A DNA stretch of 64,000 nucleotides from Thermoplasmatota archaeon (GCA_040751795.1 JBFMHR010000003.1:13586-77585), one strand, 5' to 3'; numbered from the stretch's first letter, positions 22,000 through 30,975 are shown. Program-made: numbers and translations. The notes: generated by a model not told the origin, from the letters alone.

Positions 22000-22280
22000 G
22001 GAGCAGGGCACGCGGACGTGCAGCTACTGCGGCAGGAGCTGCGACTGCGGCTCCGCCCAGTGCCCCAAGTGCGGCAACGTCTTCCGCAAGGAGCGGAAGG
22101 GGTAGCCGTGCAGACCTGACGATCACCTGCCCCGGGCGCCACACACCTCTCTCATTCTGACGCGAACCCCCGAAACCGCGAAGGACGGCGCCCGGGGCCA
22201 AACCGCCCCGCCCATCGATGATGTCCAGAATAAGGTAGCAAGAGGTTTTCGGAAGGGGTTTATGACCCGGACCGGCCGGC

Positions 22281-23690
22281 TCACGCCTTCGGCGGGGGCT
22301 TGATGAAGCCGCCCTTCATCAGGTACTTGGTCTGGTCCCTGGCCCTCTTGATGATCGCCGAGGCCGTGTCGTAGAGCTCCTGCCTGCTCTTCTTGACCCT
22401 CGCCAGGCCCTCGTTGACCGCGGCCGTGCCCACCGCGGCGGCCTCCCTCGGGAAGACCTCCCACTCGTCCATCGTCGGGACGATGTAGTCCTCCCTCAGG
22501 CCGTTGTCCTCCGCGGTCTTGGCGATCTCCAGGACCGCCGCCAGGCACATGGTGTCGGAGATGGTCTTGGCCTTGACGTCCAGGGTACCCCTGAATATGC
22601 CGGGGAACCCGAGCGAGTTGTTGACCTGGTTCGGGAAGTCGGACCTCCCGGTCGCGACTATCCTCGCGCCGGCCTCCTTCGCCTCCCACGGCCATATCTC
22701 GGGGATGGGGTTCGCGGTGGCGAACACGATGGAGTCGTCGGCCATGCCCTTGATCCACTCGGGCTTGACCGTCCCGGGGCCCGGCTTGGACGCGGCGACG
22801 ACGATGTCGGCGCCCTTCATCGCGTCGGCCGGCGTCCCGACGACGCCCTCCTTGTTGGAGTGCTCGCACATGAACCACTTCTCCTTGTACTCGGCCTTGG
22901 TGTCCAGCCTGCCGGAGTGGAGGGTGCCCTTCGAGTCGCACATGATCATGTTGCCCCACTTGAAGCCGGAGACCTGCATGATCCTGGATATGGCGATGTT
23001 CGCGGCGCCCGCGCCGATGAACACGGCCTTCATCTCCGACGGCTTCTTCCCGACCATCTTCGCGGCGTTCACGGCGCCCGCGGCGACGATCGTGCCGGTG
23101 CCCTGCTGGTCGTCGTGCCAGACGGGGATCTCGCACTCGGCCCTCAGGCGCTCGAGTATGTAGAAGCACTTGGGCTGGGAGATGTCCTCGAGGTTGACGC
23201 CCCCGAGCGACGGCTGCAGCACCTTGACCGTCTCGATGATCTTCTCCGGGTCCTTCGTCCCGAGGCAGATCGGGTACGCGTCCACGCCGCCCAGGTACTT
23301 GAACAGGAGCGACTTGCCCTCCATGACGGGCATGCCCGCCTCGGGGCCGATGTCGCCCAGGCCCAGGACCCTGGTGCCGTCGGATATCACACCGACCGTG
23401 TTCCACCTGTTGGTGTGCACGTACGACAGGTCCTTGTTCTTGTTGATCGCCTTGCACGGCTCGGCCACGCCGGGCGTGTACCAGATCGCGAAGTCGTTGA
23501 AGTCCCTCACGGCGCACTTGGGGACGACCTCGATCTTCCCCTCGTAGAACGGGTGGTAGACCATGGCGAGCCTCGCGGGCTCGTACGCCTTCTTCAGGAG
23601 CTCCTCGACCGACGCCGGCTTGGCGGCTGGCGCGGCCTTGGGCTCGGCCTTCTTCTTAGCAGCCTTCGTTTCCTTTGCCATTCGATTCAA
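22281..23690 (-). CDS. NAD(P)-dependent malic enzyme
   Basis: 469 aa; ...AIWYTPGVAEPC..., VGVISDGTRVLGLGDIGPEAGMPVMEGKSLLFK, VNLEDISQPKCF, PVWHDDQQGTG, GAGAA. Confidence 0.9.
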   Translation of the reverse strand: MNRMAKETKAAKKKAEPKAAPAAKPASVEELLKKAYEPARLAMVYHPFYEGKIEVVPKCAVRDFNDFAIWYTPGVAEPCKAINKNKDLSYVHTNRWNTVGVISDGTRVLGLGDIGPEAGMPVMEGKSLLFKYLGGVDAYPICLGTKDPEKIIETVKVLQPSLGGVNLEDISQPKCFYILERLRAECEIPVWHDDQQGTGTIVAAGAVNAAKMVGKKPSEMKAVFIGAGAANIAISRIMQVSGFKWGNMIMCDSKGTLHSGRLDTKAEYKEKWFMCEHSNKEGVVGTPADAMKGADIVVAASKPGPGTVKPEWIKGMADDSIVFATANPIPEIWPWEAKEAGARIVATGRSDFPNQVNNSLGFPGIFRGTLDVKAKTISDTMCLAAVLEIAKTAEDNGLREDYIVPTMDEWEVFPREAAAVGTAAVNEGLARVKKSRQELYDTASAIIKRARDQTKYLMKGGFIKPPPKA

Positions 23691-23876
23691 CCCCTCTGTA
23701 TCCGCATCATCGTCGAAACTCGTTGGTCAAGCTTACACGTTCGCGCAACGGCGACGGCGGTTTGTTGCGCTTCTTGCTACCAGCACAGGATAATTTCGAC
23801 GGATTAATAGGTTGTTATCGTACCTTCCCGCTCAGAGGCGGGTCCGCCAGACGTCCCTCCGAGAACTGAACATATT

Positions 23877-25529
23877 ATGAGGGCAAATCGATTCGGAACG
23901 GACATGAGGGTAGTGCTCCTCGACGGATACACGGACGAGCCCGCCTGCCTCGGCGTGCCCCCCTACGTCTCGCCCTACGTCAGGCTCTGCTACGGCGCGG
24001 CGAAGGACGCCGGCGCGGAGGTCCGCTACCTGACGGTCGACCAGTGGAGGGCGGACCCTGGCTCCCTCCCATCCGGGGACCTCCTGGCCGTGGTCAGGAA
24101 TGTGGCGGTCCCGGGCAAGTACATCAGGGGCATGCCCGCGAGCGACAGGGAGCTCGCCGCGGTATGCGGCGCGTTCGACGGCCCCAGGGTCGCCAGCCTG
24201 GGGGTGGGCCCCGGGCAGGCGCCCGAGGCGTTGGTGGACTCGTTCGACATGATAGTCGAGGGGGACCTGGACGCGGCGGTGCACGGCGCGGTCGCCGAGA
24301 AGGCCCTCGAGGACCGCAGGAGGACCGCCGCCGAGTGGAACTCGTGGCTGGTGAAGGGGGCCGCGCTCTGCGCGGAGCACCCCGACATATGGGGGCCCCT
24401 CACCGCCGAGGTGCAGACATACCGCGGCTGCGTCAGGTACATCTCGGGAGGGTGCAGCTTCTGCGTCGAGCCGCTGTACGGACGGGTCGACTTCAGGGAG
24501 GCGCGGGACATCGCCGAGGAGGTCCGCGCGCTCGCCCGCGCGGGCGTGCGCAACTTCAGGCTGGGCGCGCAGTCGTGCGTGTACTGCTACGGCTCGAAGG
24601 AGGTCGGGTCCTCGGAGACCCCGAGGCCGGACCCCGGGGCGGTGGAGTCGCTCCTCAGGGGCGTCGCGGAGGCCGCGAGGCCGGAGGTGCTACACCTCGA
24701 CAACGCCAACCCCGCGGTCATCGCGGAGCACCCGGAGGAGGCGCGGGAGGTCACGAAGGCGATAGCCGAGCACTGCACCAGCGGGAACGTCCTCGCCTTC
24801 GGGCTGGAGTCGGCCGACCCCGCGGTGGCGAGGGCCAACAACCTCAACTCCACGCCGGAGCAGACGCTGGAGGCGGTCAGGCTGGTCAACGAGGTCGGGG
24901 GGCGGCCGGGCCCGACCGGGCTGCCGGCGGTGCTCCCCGGCATCAACCTGCTCTGCGGGCTCCTCGGGGAGACCAAGGGCACCTACGACCTCGACCTCCA
25001 GTTCCTGAAACGCGTCCTCGACGAGGGGCTCCTTCTCAGGAGGATCAACATAAGGCAGGTCGTCCCGTCGCGGCAGGAGTTCCCCGGCGTGAGGCACAGG
25101 GACGCCTTCGCCTCTCTCAAGAGGCGTGTCAGGGAGGAGGTCGACCTGCCCATGCTCTCCAAGGTCGCGCCCGACGGGGCCGTTCTGAGTGGCGTGTACA
25201 CGGAGCTCAGGGAGGGCGGGAGGACCTTCGGCAGGCAGGCCGGGAGCTACCCGCTGCTGGTGGGCCTCCCCTACCCGTTCGAGGTGGGGAGGAAGGTGGA
25301 CGTCTGGGTGAACGGGCGCGGGCCGAGGAGCGTCGGCGGCCTCGTGCACCCCACCGACGCGAACACCGCCACCCTGTCGATGCTCGGCGCCGTGCCCGGC
25401 ATAGGCAAGAAGAGGGCCATGGCCATCGTGCGCAGGAGGCCGTTCGGGGGCGAGGAGGAGCTGTGGGCGCTGTTCGACGAGCCCGTGGCCCTCGAGTCGG
25501 CGAGGCGCCACCTCAAGGTCGGGACGTAG
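23877..25529 (+). CDS. radical SAM protein (COG1031-like) with C-terminal helix-hairpin-helix
   Basis: YRGCVRYISGGCSFCVEP cluster region. C-terminal LSMLGAVPGIGKKRAMAIVRRRPF is HhH-like. An alternative start is MRVVLL at 23904. Confidence 0.75.
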   Translation: MRANRFGTDMRVVLLDGYTDEPACLGVPPYVSPYVRLCYGAAKDAGAEVRYLTVDQWRADPGSLPSGDLLAVVRNVAVPGKYIRGMPASDRELAAVCGAFDGPRVASLGVGPGQAPEALVDSFDMIVEGDLDAAVHGAVAEKALEDRRRTAAEWNSWLVKGAALCAEHPDIWGPLTAEVQTYRGCVRYISGGCSFCVEPLYGRVDFREARDIAEEVRALARAGVRNFRLGAQSCVYCYGSKEVGSSETPRPDPGAVESLLRGVAEAARPEVLHLDNANPAVIAEHPEEAREVTKAIAEHCTSGNVLAFGLESADPAVARANNLNSTPEQTLEAVRLVNEVGGRPGPTGLPAVLPGINLLCGLLGETKGTYDLDLQFLKRVLDEGLLLRRINIRQVVPSRQEFPGVRHRDAFASLKRRVREEVDLPMLSKVAPDGAVLSGVYTELREGGRTFGRQAGSYPLLVGLPYPFEVGRKVDVWVNGRGPRSVGGLVHPTDANTATLSMLGAVPGIGKKRAMAIVRRRPFGGEEELWALFDEPVALESARRHLKVGT

Positions 25530-25591
25530 CCCCACTGCAACAGTCACATTATAGTAATGAGCACCCGATTCGAGTCGGGGAGTCGAAGAGC

Positions 25592-26623
25592 GTGGACGTC
25601 CGGAGAGCCGCGAAGTACCCGTTCCTGAAGGATGCGTCGGCCTACCTGAAGGAGTCCGGGATCACCCTGGACAGCCTGACCAACAGCGTCGCCTACCAGC
25701 GGGCGCGCTTCATGGGGAAGGAGAGGGTGATGGAGGCGGTCGACGGCGGCATCATAGACGACCACCCCATGGCCTCCGCGGGGGACGCCAACAACGAACT
25801 GCTGAGCTACCCCGTCGCGAGGATGATCGTGTCGGCCGTCGCCGACCCGATGCTGGTTAACAGGTACGCCATCGCCGAGGCGAAGAAGGCGGACGAGAGG
25901 CTCAGGGGCGAGGAGCTCCCCTTCATAAAGGCCGTCGCTGAGGAGCTGGGGCTCGACGTGGCCGTGGAGGACGGGGCCATCTCGGTGGACTTCGCCGCCT
26001 TCCTGCGCTTCACCGCGACCATGCGCAGCAAGGACTGGAAGCTCGTGAACCAGCAGGTCGTGGGCGGGAGAGTCGTGGTGACGAAGCACAGGCTGGTCAG
26101 GCTGATCCAGCAGATGCTCACGGACAAGATATCCTCCGAGCTGCCGCTGCCCGTGAACGACGGCATAATGCAGGCCTTCTCCGCGGACATCGCCGAGATC
26201 GGCGGGATCATGGCCGAGAAGAGGGCGGAGTTCAAGGCCAGGAGCATGGGGAGGGTCTCGATAATCAGGTTCCCCCCGTGCATGAAGAAGATGCTCAAGA
26301 TGATCCAGGGCGGCGAGAACCTGCCCCACTCCGGGAGGTTCGCCCTCGTGTCGTTCCTCCACAAGCTCGGCATGAACTCCGACGAGGTGCTCGAGACATT
26401 CTCCTCGGCCCCGGACTTCGACGAGAGCAAGTCCAGGTACCAGATCCAGCACATAACCGGGGAGATCTCAGGGACGGAGTACACGCCCCCTGAGTGCTCG
26501 ACCATGAAGAGCTACGGGATATGCTTCGACCCCGACTCGCTATGCAAGCAGGAGTGGATGACCCACCCGCTCACCTACTACAAGGCCAAGGGGAGACGGT
26601 TCAAGAGACCGTCAGGGAAGTGA
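25592..26623 (+). CDS. priL: DNA primase large subunit PriL
   Basis: GTG start giving MDVRRAAKYPFLKDASAYL. An ATTATAGTAAT TATA-like element lies ~35 nt upstream. FPPCMKKML...LPHSGRFALVSFLHKLG plus C-terminal Cys residues. The listed ORF 24044.. is a run-in over the previous gene. Confidence 0.8.
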   Translation: MDVRRAAKYPFLKDASAYLKESGITLDSLTNSVAYQRARFMGKERVMEAVDGGIIDDHPMASAGDANNELLSYPVARMIVSAVADPMLVNRYAIAEAKKADERLRGEELPFIKAVAEELGLDVAVEDGAISVDFAAFLRFTATMRSKDWKLVNQQVVGGRVVVTKHRLVRLIQQMLTDKISSELPLPVNDGIMQAFSADIAEIGGIMAEKRAEFKARSMGRVSIIRFPPCMKKMLKMIQGGENLPHSGRFALVSFLHKLGMNSDEVLETFSSAPDFDESKSRYQIQHITGEISGTEYTPPECSTMKSYGICFDPDSLCKQEWMTHPLTYYKAKGRRFKRPSGK

Positions 26624-27222
26624 CTTCCAGATCATGTGGGCGCGCTGGACCGCGGTGACGTTCCCCGCGACCCCGAACCATATCATCATCCACCCGATGA
26701 GCGAGGAGTCGAACAGGTCGGTCGCCTCGGACACGCCGAGGGAGACCAGCACGTACTGGACAATGGGCACGACGATCAGGAGGACCAGCCTGTCCGCCCT
26801 CCCGAGGATGCCCCTGTACTCGCGCCTCAGGCCCAGCGCCTGCGCCTGCGTGCCCATGTAGCTGGCGAGCATCACGCCTATGACCGCGAAGAGTCCGGTG
26901 AAGAGAGAGCAGTAGGGGCTCAGCGCTATGCCCGCGAGTATGAAGACGTCCGCGTACCTGTCGATGACGTGGTCCACGAAGTCGCCGCGCTTCGACTCCT
27001 TGGCGGCGAGCCGCGCGACCTTCCCGTCCAGGGCGTCGAGCAGGCCGTTCATGCCCACCATCGCGGCCGCGAGCAGCAGGAAGTGCTCCGGCTCCCACGT
27101 GAAGAACAGGCCGGCGAGGAACGCGAAGAGCAGCGAGGCGACGGAGAGGTGGTGGGGGTTGATCCTCGCGAGCCGCCTGGCCGCGGGCGAGAGTATCTTG
27201 TCGGCCTCGCCCCTGTAGCTCT
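26612..27222 (-). CDS. CDP-alcohol phosphatidyltransferase family (archaeal phospholipid synthase); start unresolved
   Basis: Motif DALDGKVARLAAKESKRGDFVDHVIDRYAD (DGx2ARx8Gx3Dx3D). The conserved N-terminal region ...RRLARINPHHLSVASLLFAFLAGLFF continues in frame upstream of the first ATG (27061) with no ATG/GTG/TTG. Confidence 0.7.
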
Positions 27223-27747
27223 CTAGAACCAGTCCAGAACCTCCCTGCTCCAGTCAACATGGCCGACTGGATATTTCTGGATTTCTCCCGCGGCTATCTT
27301 CTCGATGGCCGCCGCGACCTCCGCGGGCTTCATACCAGTGGTGTCCACCTCGCACACCTCCGGGACGCTCTCGACCGCCTCGACGAGGATCACGTCGACG
27401 GCCTCCGCCTCGACGTTCTCGCGGACCTTGGCCTCGGGCCACCCCTTCTTGGCGAGCCTCCTCCCGAGGACCTTCGGGGAGCACCTCAGCACCACCGCGA
27501 CGTCCACGTCCAGGAGGTGCGAGAGGTGCCCCTCGAGGAGGAGGTCGCCCTCCAGCTTCGACACGGCCTTGGCCAGCCTCCGGACGTCGACCTCCTTGGT
27601 CCTCCGCCCCTCGTCGAAGCCGACCACCGCGCCGCAGCTCTCGGCGAGGTCGTTGACGTGCACGACCTTGAGCGTCCGCACAAGCTCGGACGCCGAGGTC
27701 TTGCCCACGCCCGGCGTCCCTGTGACCGCGATCCTCATGCCGACCAT
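27223..27747 (-). CDS. putative adenylate kinase / Fap7-AK6-like NTPase
   Basis: P-loop MRIAVTGTPGVGKTS; COG1936-like length and layout. Confidence 0.75.
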   Translation of the reverse strand: MVGMRIAVTGTPGVGKTSASELVRTLKVVHVNDLAESCGAVVGFDEGRRTKEVDVRRLAKAVSKLEGDLLLEGHLSHLLDVDVAVVLRCSPKVLGRRLAKKGWPEAKVRENVEAEAVDVILVEAVESVPEVCEVDTTGMKPAEVAAAIEKIAAGEIQKYPVGHVDWSREVLDWF

Positions 27748-27768
27748 CCATACGAGCGTCGGGAGATA

Positions 27769-28578
27769 TCAAGGCTCACACGCGCGCCCGCCCAGCTCCT
27801 CCGCGAAGGCGAGGGCCATCGCGCTCCTCCTCATCCGCGCCTCCACGGCCCGCCTTATCCCGACCGCCGCGCGCGGATCCACCGGGAACCCGATGCCGCA
27901 GTCTATGTCCATGAGGACCAGGTACTCCGCGGGGGCGAGGCCCACCCTCACCGGCCTCTTCCCGGCCTCGGGCCCCATCGACTCCAGGTCCATCCTGCCC
28001 GAGCTGCCCTCGTTCATCATCCAGACGATCCTCCGGACCATGTTCCAGAGGAAGCTCTCTGCCCTGAAGTCGACCGCGTAGAACATCCCGGAGTCGGAGA
28101 CGTCGATGGAGTCGATCCTCCTCACCGGGTTCCTGTCGTCCTTCCTCGCGTAGCCGGAGAAGTCGTGCACCCCGACGAACCTGGACGCGACCTCCCTCAG
28201 GAGCGCGGGGTCCTGGCCCGACCTGGGCAGGTGGTACCTGTACCACCGCTGCCTCGCGGCGCGCGGGTTGAACCCGTCCGGGACCTTGACGGCGGAGAAG
28301 GCCCAGACGTCCTCCATCTCGGAGTTGATGGCGGAGCAGAGCGACCCCAGCGGGAAGGAGGTCCTGAACGACACGATGTTGCCGAGGGCGCTCACCCCGC
28401 GGTCTGTCCTGCTCGAGCTCCTGTAGCCGCACTCGCGCGGCGAGCTTATCGCGCCGACCCTCGCGAGCGCGTGCACGAGGGCGCCCTCGACCGTGGCGCC
28501 CTCCGGCTGCCTCTGGAAGCCGAGGAAGCTCGCGCCGTCGTACGCGAACTTGAGCGCCACCCTCTCGTCCTGGGACAC
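27769..28578 (-). CDS. truA: tRNA pseudouridine synthase A
   Basis: RVALKFAYDGASFLGFQRQ and the catalytic SSRTDRGVSA. GTG 28578 (MSQDERVALK...) fits the promoter geometry. The alternative ATG 28617 would place the TATA box inside the CDS. The listed ORF to 29064 is antisense run-in. Confidence 0.85.
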   Translation of the reverse strand: MSQDERVALKFAYDGASFLGFQRQPEGATVEGALVHALARVGAISSPRECGYRSSSRTDRGVSALGNIVSFRTSFPLGSLCSAINSEMEDVWAFSAVKVPDGFNPRAARQRWYRYHLPRSGQDPALLREVASRFVGVHDFSGYARKDDRNPVRRIDSIDVSDSGMFYAVDFRAESFLWNMVRRIVWMMNEGSSGRMDLESMGPEAGKRPVRVGLAPAEYLVLMDIDCGIGFPVDPRAAVGIRRAVEARMRRSAMALAFAEELGGRACEP

Positions 28579-28600
28579 GTCCGTGTCATCTGCTACAGGG

Positions 28601-28608
28601 TTAAATAC
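28601..28608. promoter_or_regulatory. single TATA element (TTAAATAC / GTATTTAA) shared by divergent truA and trmJ-like genes
   Basis: Its centre lies ~26-27 nt from GTG 28631 (+) and ~26-27 nt from GTG 28578 (-). This is consistent with two leaderless transcripts. Confidence 0.5.
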
Positions 28609-28630
28609 ATGCGGCATCCGTGCTGGGGGC

Positions 28631-29383
28631 GTGCCCCGGTTCAGGGTAGTGCTCATCGAGCCTCTGCACGACGGGAACGTCGGCGCCATCGCGAGGGCCA
28701 TGAAGAACTTCGGGCTGGACGACCTCGTCCTCGTCAGGCCGTGCGCGATCGGCGAGGAGGCCACCAAGAGGTCCATGCACGCCATCGACGTGCTCCAGAG
28801 CGCGAGGAGGGTGTTCACGGACGAGGAGGCGCTCAAGGGGGCGGACTTCGTGGCTGCGACCTCCGGCATCTCCACCTCCAACGAGAAGCGCTTCTCCAGG
28901 ATCGCCATGACCCCGAGGGAGTTCGCGGAGAAGGTCAAGGACGTCGACGGGACGATAGCCGTACTCTTCGGGAGGGAGGACTTCGGCCTGGACAAGGAGC
29001 TCATCAGGCGCTGCGACTTCCTCGTCACGGTGCCCGCGAATCCCGAGTACACCGTGATGAACATCAGCCACGCGGCCGCGGTCGTCTTCTACGAGCTCTT
29101 CGCGTCCAACTTCACCAAGTGGGAGCCGAGGAAGGCGGCCGAGCTGGAGACGGAGAAGCTCCACGAGTACTTCGCGACGCTCCTGGACCTGATAGACTAC
29201 CCGCAGCACAAGAAGGCGAAGACCAAGGTGATGTTCAGGAGGCTCATCGCGAGGTCCGCGCCCTCGACGTGGGAGTTCCACACCCTGATGGGCGTGCTGA
29301 ACGACTCGATGAGGAAGTGCTCGGACGGGGAGGTCCCGAAGAGGCGCGCGAAAAAGGGGGGTAGCCCCTCCAAGTTGCGGTGA
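28631..29383 (+). CDS. SpoU/TrmH-class RNA 2'-O-methyltransferase (TrmJ-like)
   Basis: GTG start giving MPRFRVVLIEPLHDGNVGAIARAMKNFGLDDLVLVRP; ...VLFGREDFGL....I..CD.LVTVP......MNISHAAAVVFYEL. Confidence 0.8.
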   Translation: MPRFRVVLIEPLHDGNVGAIARAMKNFGLDDLVLVRPCAIGEEATKRSMHAIDVLQSARRVFTDEEALKGADFVAATSGISTSNEKRFSRIAMTPREFAEKVKDVDGTIAVLFGREDFGLDKELIRRCDFLVTVPANPEYTVMNISHAAAVVFYELFASNFTKWEPRKAAELETEKLHEYFATLLDLIDYPQHKKAKTKVMFRRLIARSAPSTWEFHTLMGVLNDSMRKCSDGEVPKRRAKKGGSPSKLR

Positions 29384-29426
29384 GGGGCGTGGTTGTGGTT
29401 GTGTCTTCTGTGGGGGAGGAATCAGG

Positions 29427-30482
29427 TCATCCTAAGGCCCCTGCAAGGCCGTACGAGGGCGGCCTGTAGCCGACCTCCTCGATGCCTACCGGGGACGAGC
29501 ACTGCGCCGCCGCTCCGGGCGTCCTGATGCCCGTGACGATCGCCATGAGCTTGATGTTGCTGCCAGCGTCGGGGTCTATGCGTGCGCCGAGCTTGATGTT
29601 CGCCGTGTCGCCGAGCCTGTTGGTTATGCCGTTGAAGACCTCGTAGGCCTTCCTCAGGGAGAGCGTGGGCCCGCCCGTGACGTGTATCATCGCCCCGGTG
29701 GCGCCCTCGAAGTCTATGTCCAGGAGGGGGTTGCTGATCGCCTCGAGGACGACCTTGTGGGCGTCCTCGCTCTCGCCGTAGAGGACCGTGGACGCGCCGC
29801 CCTTGAGCATCATCGTCCTGAAGTCCGCGAAGTCCAGGTTGATCATGCTGGTCTCGCAGATCGTCTCGGTGACGCCCCTGACGACCTCCACGATGAGCTG
29901 GTCCATGACCATGAACGCCTGCTCTATCGGCAGCTTGGGCACTATCTTGAGGAGCCTGTTGTTGTCGAGGATGATGGTGCTGTGGGCGCGCTCGCGCAGC
30001 TTCGCGATCCCCGCCATGGCCACGCGCGACCTGCCCTTCTCTATGTCGAAGGGGATGGTCACGAGCGCGACGGAGATCGCGCCGTGCTTGCGGGCCGCCT
30101 CCGCGACGACCGGGGCGACTCCCGTGCCCGTCCCCCCGCCCATGCCGGCGGCGACGAACACGATGTCGTAGTCCCGGACGAGGAGCTCGATCTTGTCCAG
30201 GTAGTCGTAGGCGACCTTCTCCCCTATGGCGGGGTCGCCCCCCGTGCCGTATCCGTTGGTGAAGTTGTCGCCGATGAGGAGCTTCTTGCCGGCGTTCACC
30301 CTGGACATGTGGAACTTGTCGGTGTTGATGGCTATGGTGTCCGCCTCGAGGCCGGCCTGGTTCATCCTGTGCACGCTGTTGGAGCCGCCGCCTCCGCAGC
30401 CGACGACGCAGATCTTGGGGGACAGGCGCGCCTCGAGGTCGCAGTCGTTCTCGAGGGCGTCCTGGATGATCCTGTTGAGCAT
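29427..30482 (-). CDS. ftsZ2: divergent FtsZ paralog (FtsZ2-like by its linkage to an upstream RHH gene)
   Basis: VVGCGGGGSNSV, AAGMGGGTGTG and T7-loop INLDFADF are conserved. The GLGAGA.P block is replaced by GYGTGGDP. GGAGGTG lies 13 nt upstream of the ATG. Confidence 0.8.
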   Translation of the reverse strand: MLNRIIQDALENDCDLEARLSPKICVVGCGGGGSNSVHRMNQAGLEADTIAINTDKFHMSRVNAGKKLLIGDNFTNGYGTGGDPAIGEKVAYDYLDKIELLVRDYDIVFVAAGMGGGTGTGVAPVVAEAARKHGAISVALVTIPFDIEKGRSRVAMAGIAKLRERAHSTIILDNNRLLKIVPKLPIEQAFMVMDQLIVEVVRGVTETICETSMINLDFADFRTMMLKGGASTVLYGESEDAHKVVLEAISNPLLDIDFEGATGAMIHVTGGPTLSLRKAYEVFNGITNRLGDTANIKLGARIDPDAGSNIKLMAIVTGIRTPGAAAQCSSPVGIEEVGYRPPSYGLAGALG

Positions 30483-30570
30483 GCGCTAACCGCACCTCCC
30501 GGGGGAGGGCGTGCGCTCATGCGTACATGCGTGCGTGGCCGACATCTTCCCATCCCTTGTTTCTAGGCCG

Positions 30571-30885
30571 TCACCGCTCCAGTTCCTCTATCGCCTTCGA
30601 CAGCCTCTTGCGTATGTATTCGCGCACGGCGTTCCTTATCGCGTCGTCGACGGACACGGAGTCGCCGTCCTGGACGAGCTGCTTGAGGTTGACCACATTC
30701 CCCTTGGGCAGCTCGACTGTGACCTTCTCTATGTACTCGGGCGTGAACTCGCCCTCGACGAACTTGTCGATGGCGGCCCTAATCGCGTCAGATATGGTGG
30801 AGAACCTGCCCTGGTCCACGAGAGCCTGGAGTGCATGGATGCGCTCCTCCGGGAGCCGGATTGTGACCCGCTCTGACTCTACCAT
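30571..30885 (-). CDS. ribbon-helix-helix (CopG-type) protein made of two tandem RHH repeats; CdrS-like by position upstream of ftsZ2
   Basis: RVTIRLPEERIHALQALVDQGRFSTISDAIRAAIDKFV aligns with KVTVELPKGNVVNLKQLVQDGDSVSVDDAIRNAVREYI within the same 104-aa protein. Confidence 0.7.
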   Translation of the reverse strand: MVESERVTIRLPEERIHALQALVDQGRFSTISDAIRAAIDKFVEGEFTPEYIEKVTVELPKGNVVNLKQLVQDGDSVSVDDAIRNAVREYIRKRLSKAIEELER

Positions 30886-30953
30886 CTGGCAGCCTCCTGT
30901 CGTCCGACGATATCGCGGTGTTCGTCAGACAAATGTCAGTATCAACTCCGTGA

Positions 30954-30961
30954 TATTTATA
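30954..30961 (-). promoter_or_regulatory. TATA box (TATAAATA on minus strand) of the RHH-ftsZ2 operon
   Basis: Lies ~69 nt upstream of ATG 30885, with AGGAGG 8 nt before the ATG. The IS end at 30976 abuts it. Confidence 0.45.
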
Positions 30962-30975
30962 CCTTTTCAGCCCTC

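Noticed and set aside
29427-30482. The third tubulin-family gene as a CetZ.
   Set aside because: It has the FtsZ-type GGGGxN P-loop region, GGGTGTG and the NLDFAD T7 loop, rather than the CetZ-type GFGQAGG-style N-terminus. Linkage to an RHH gene fits ftsZ2.
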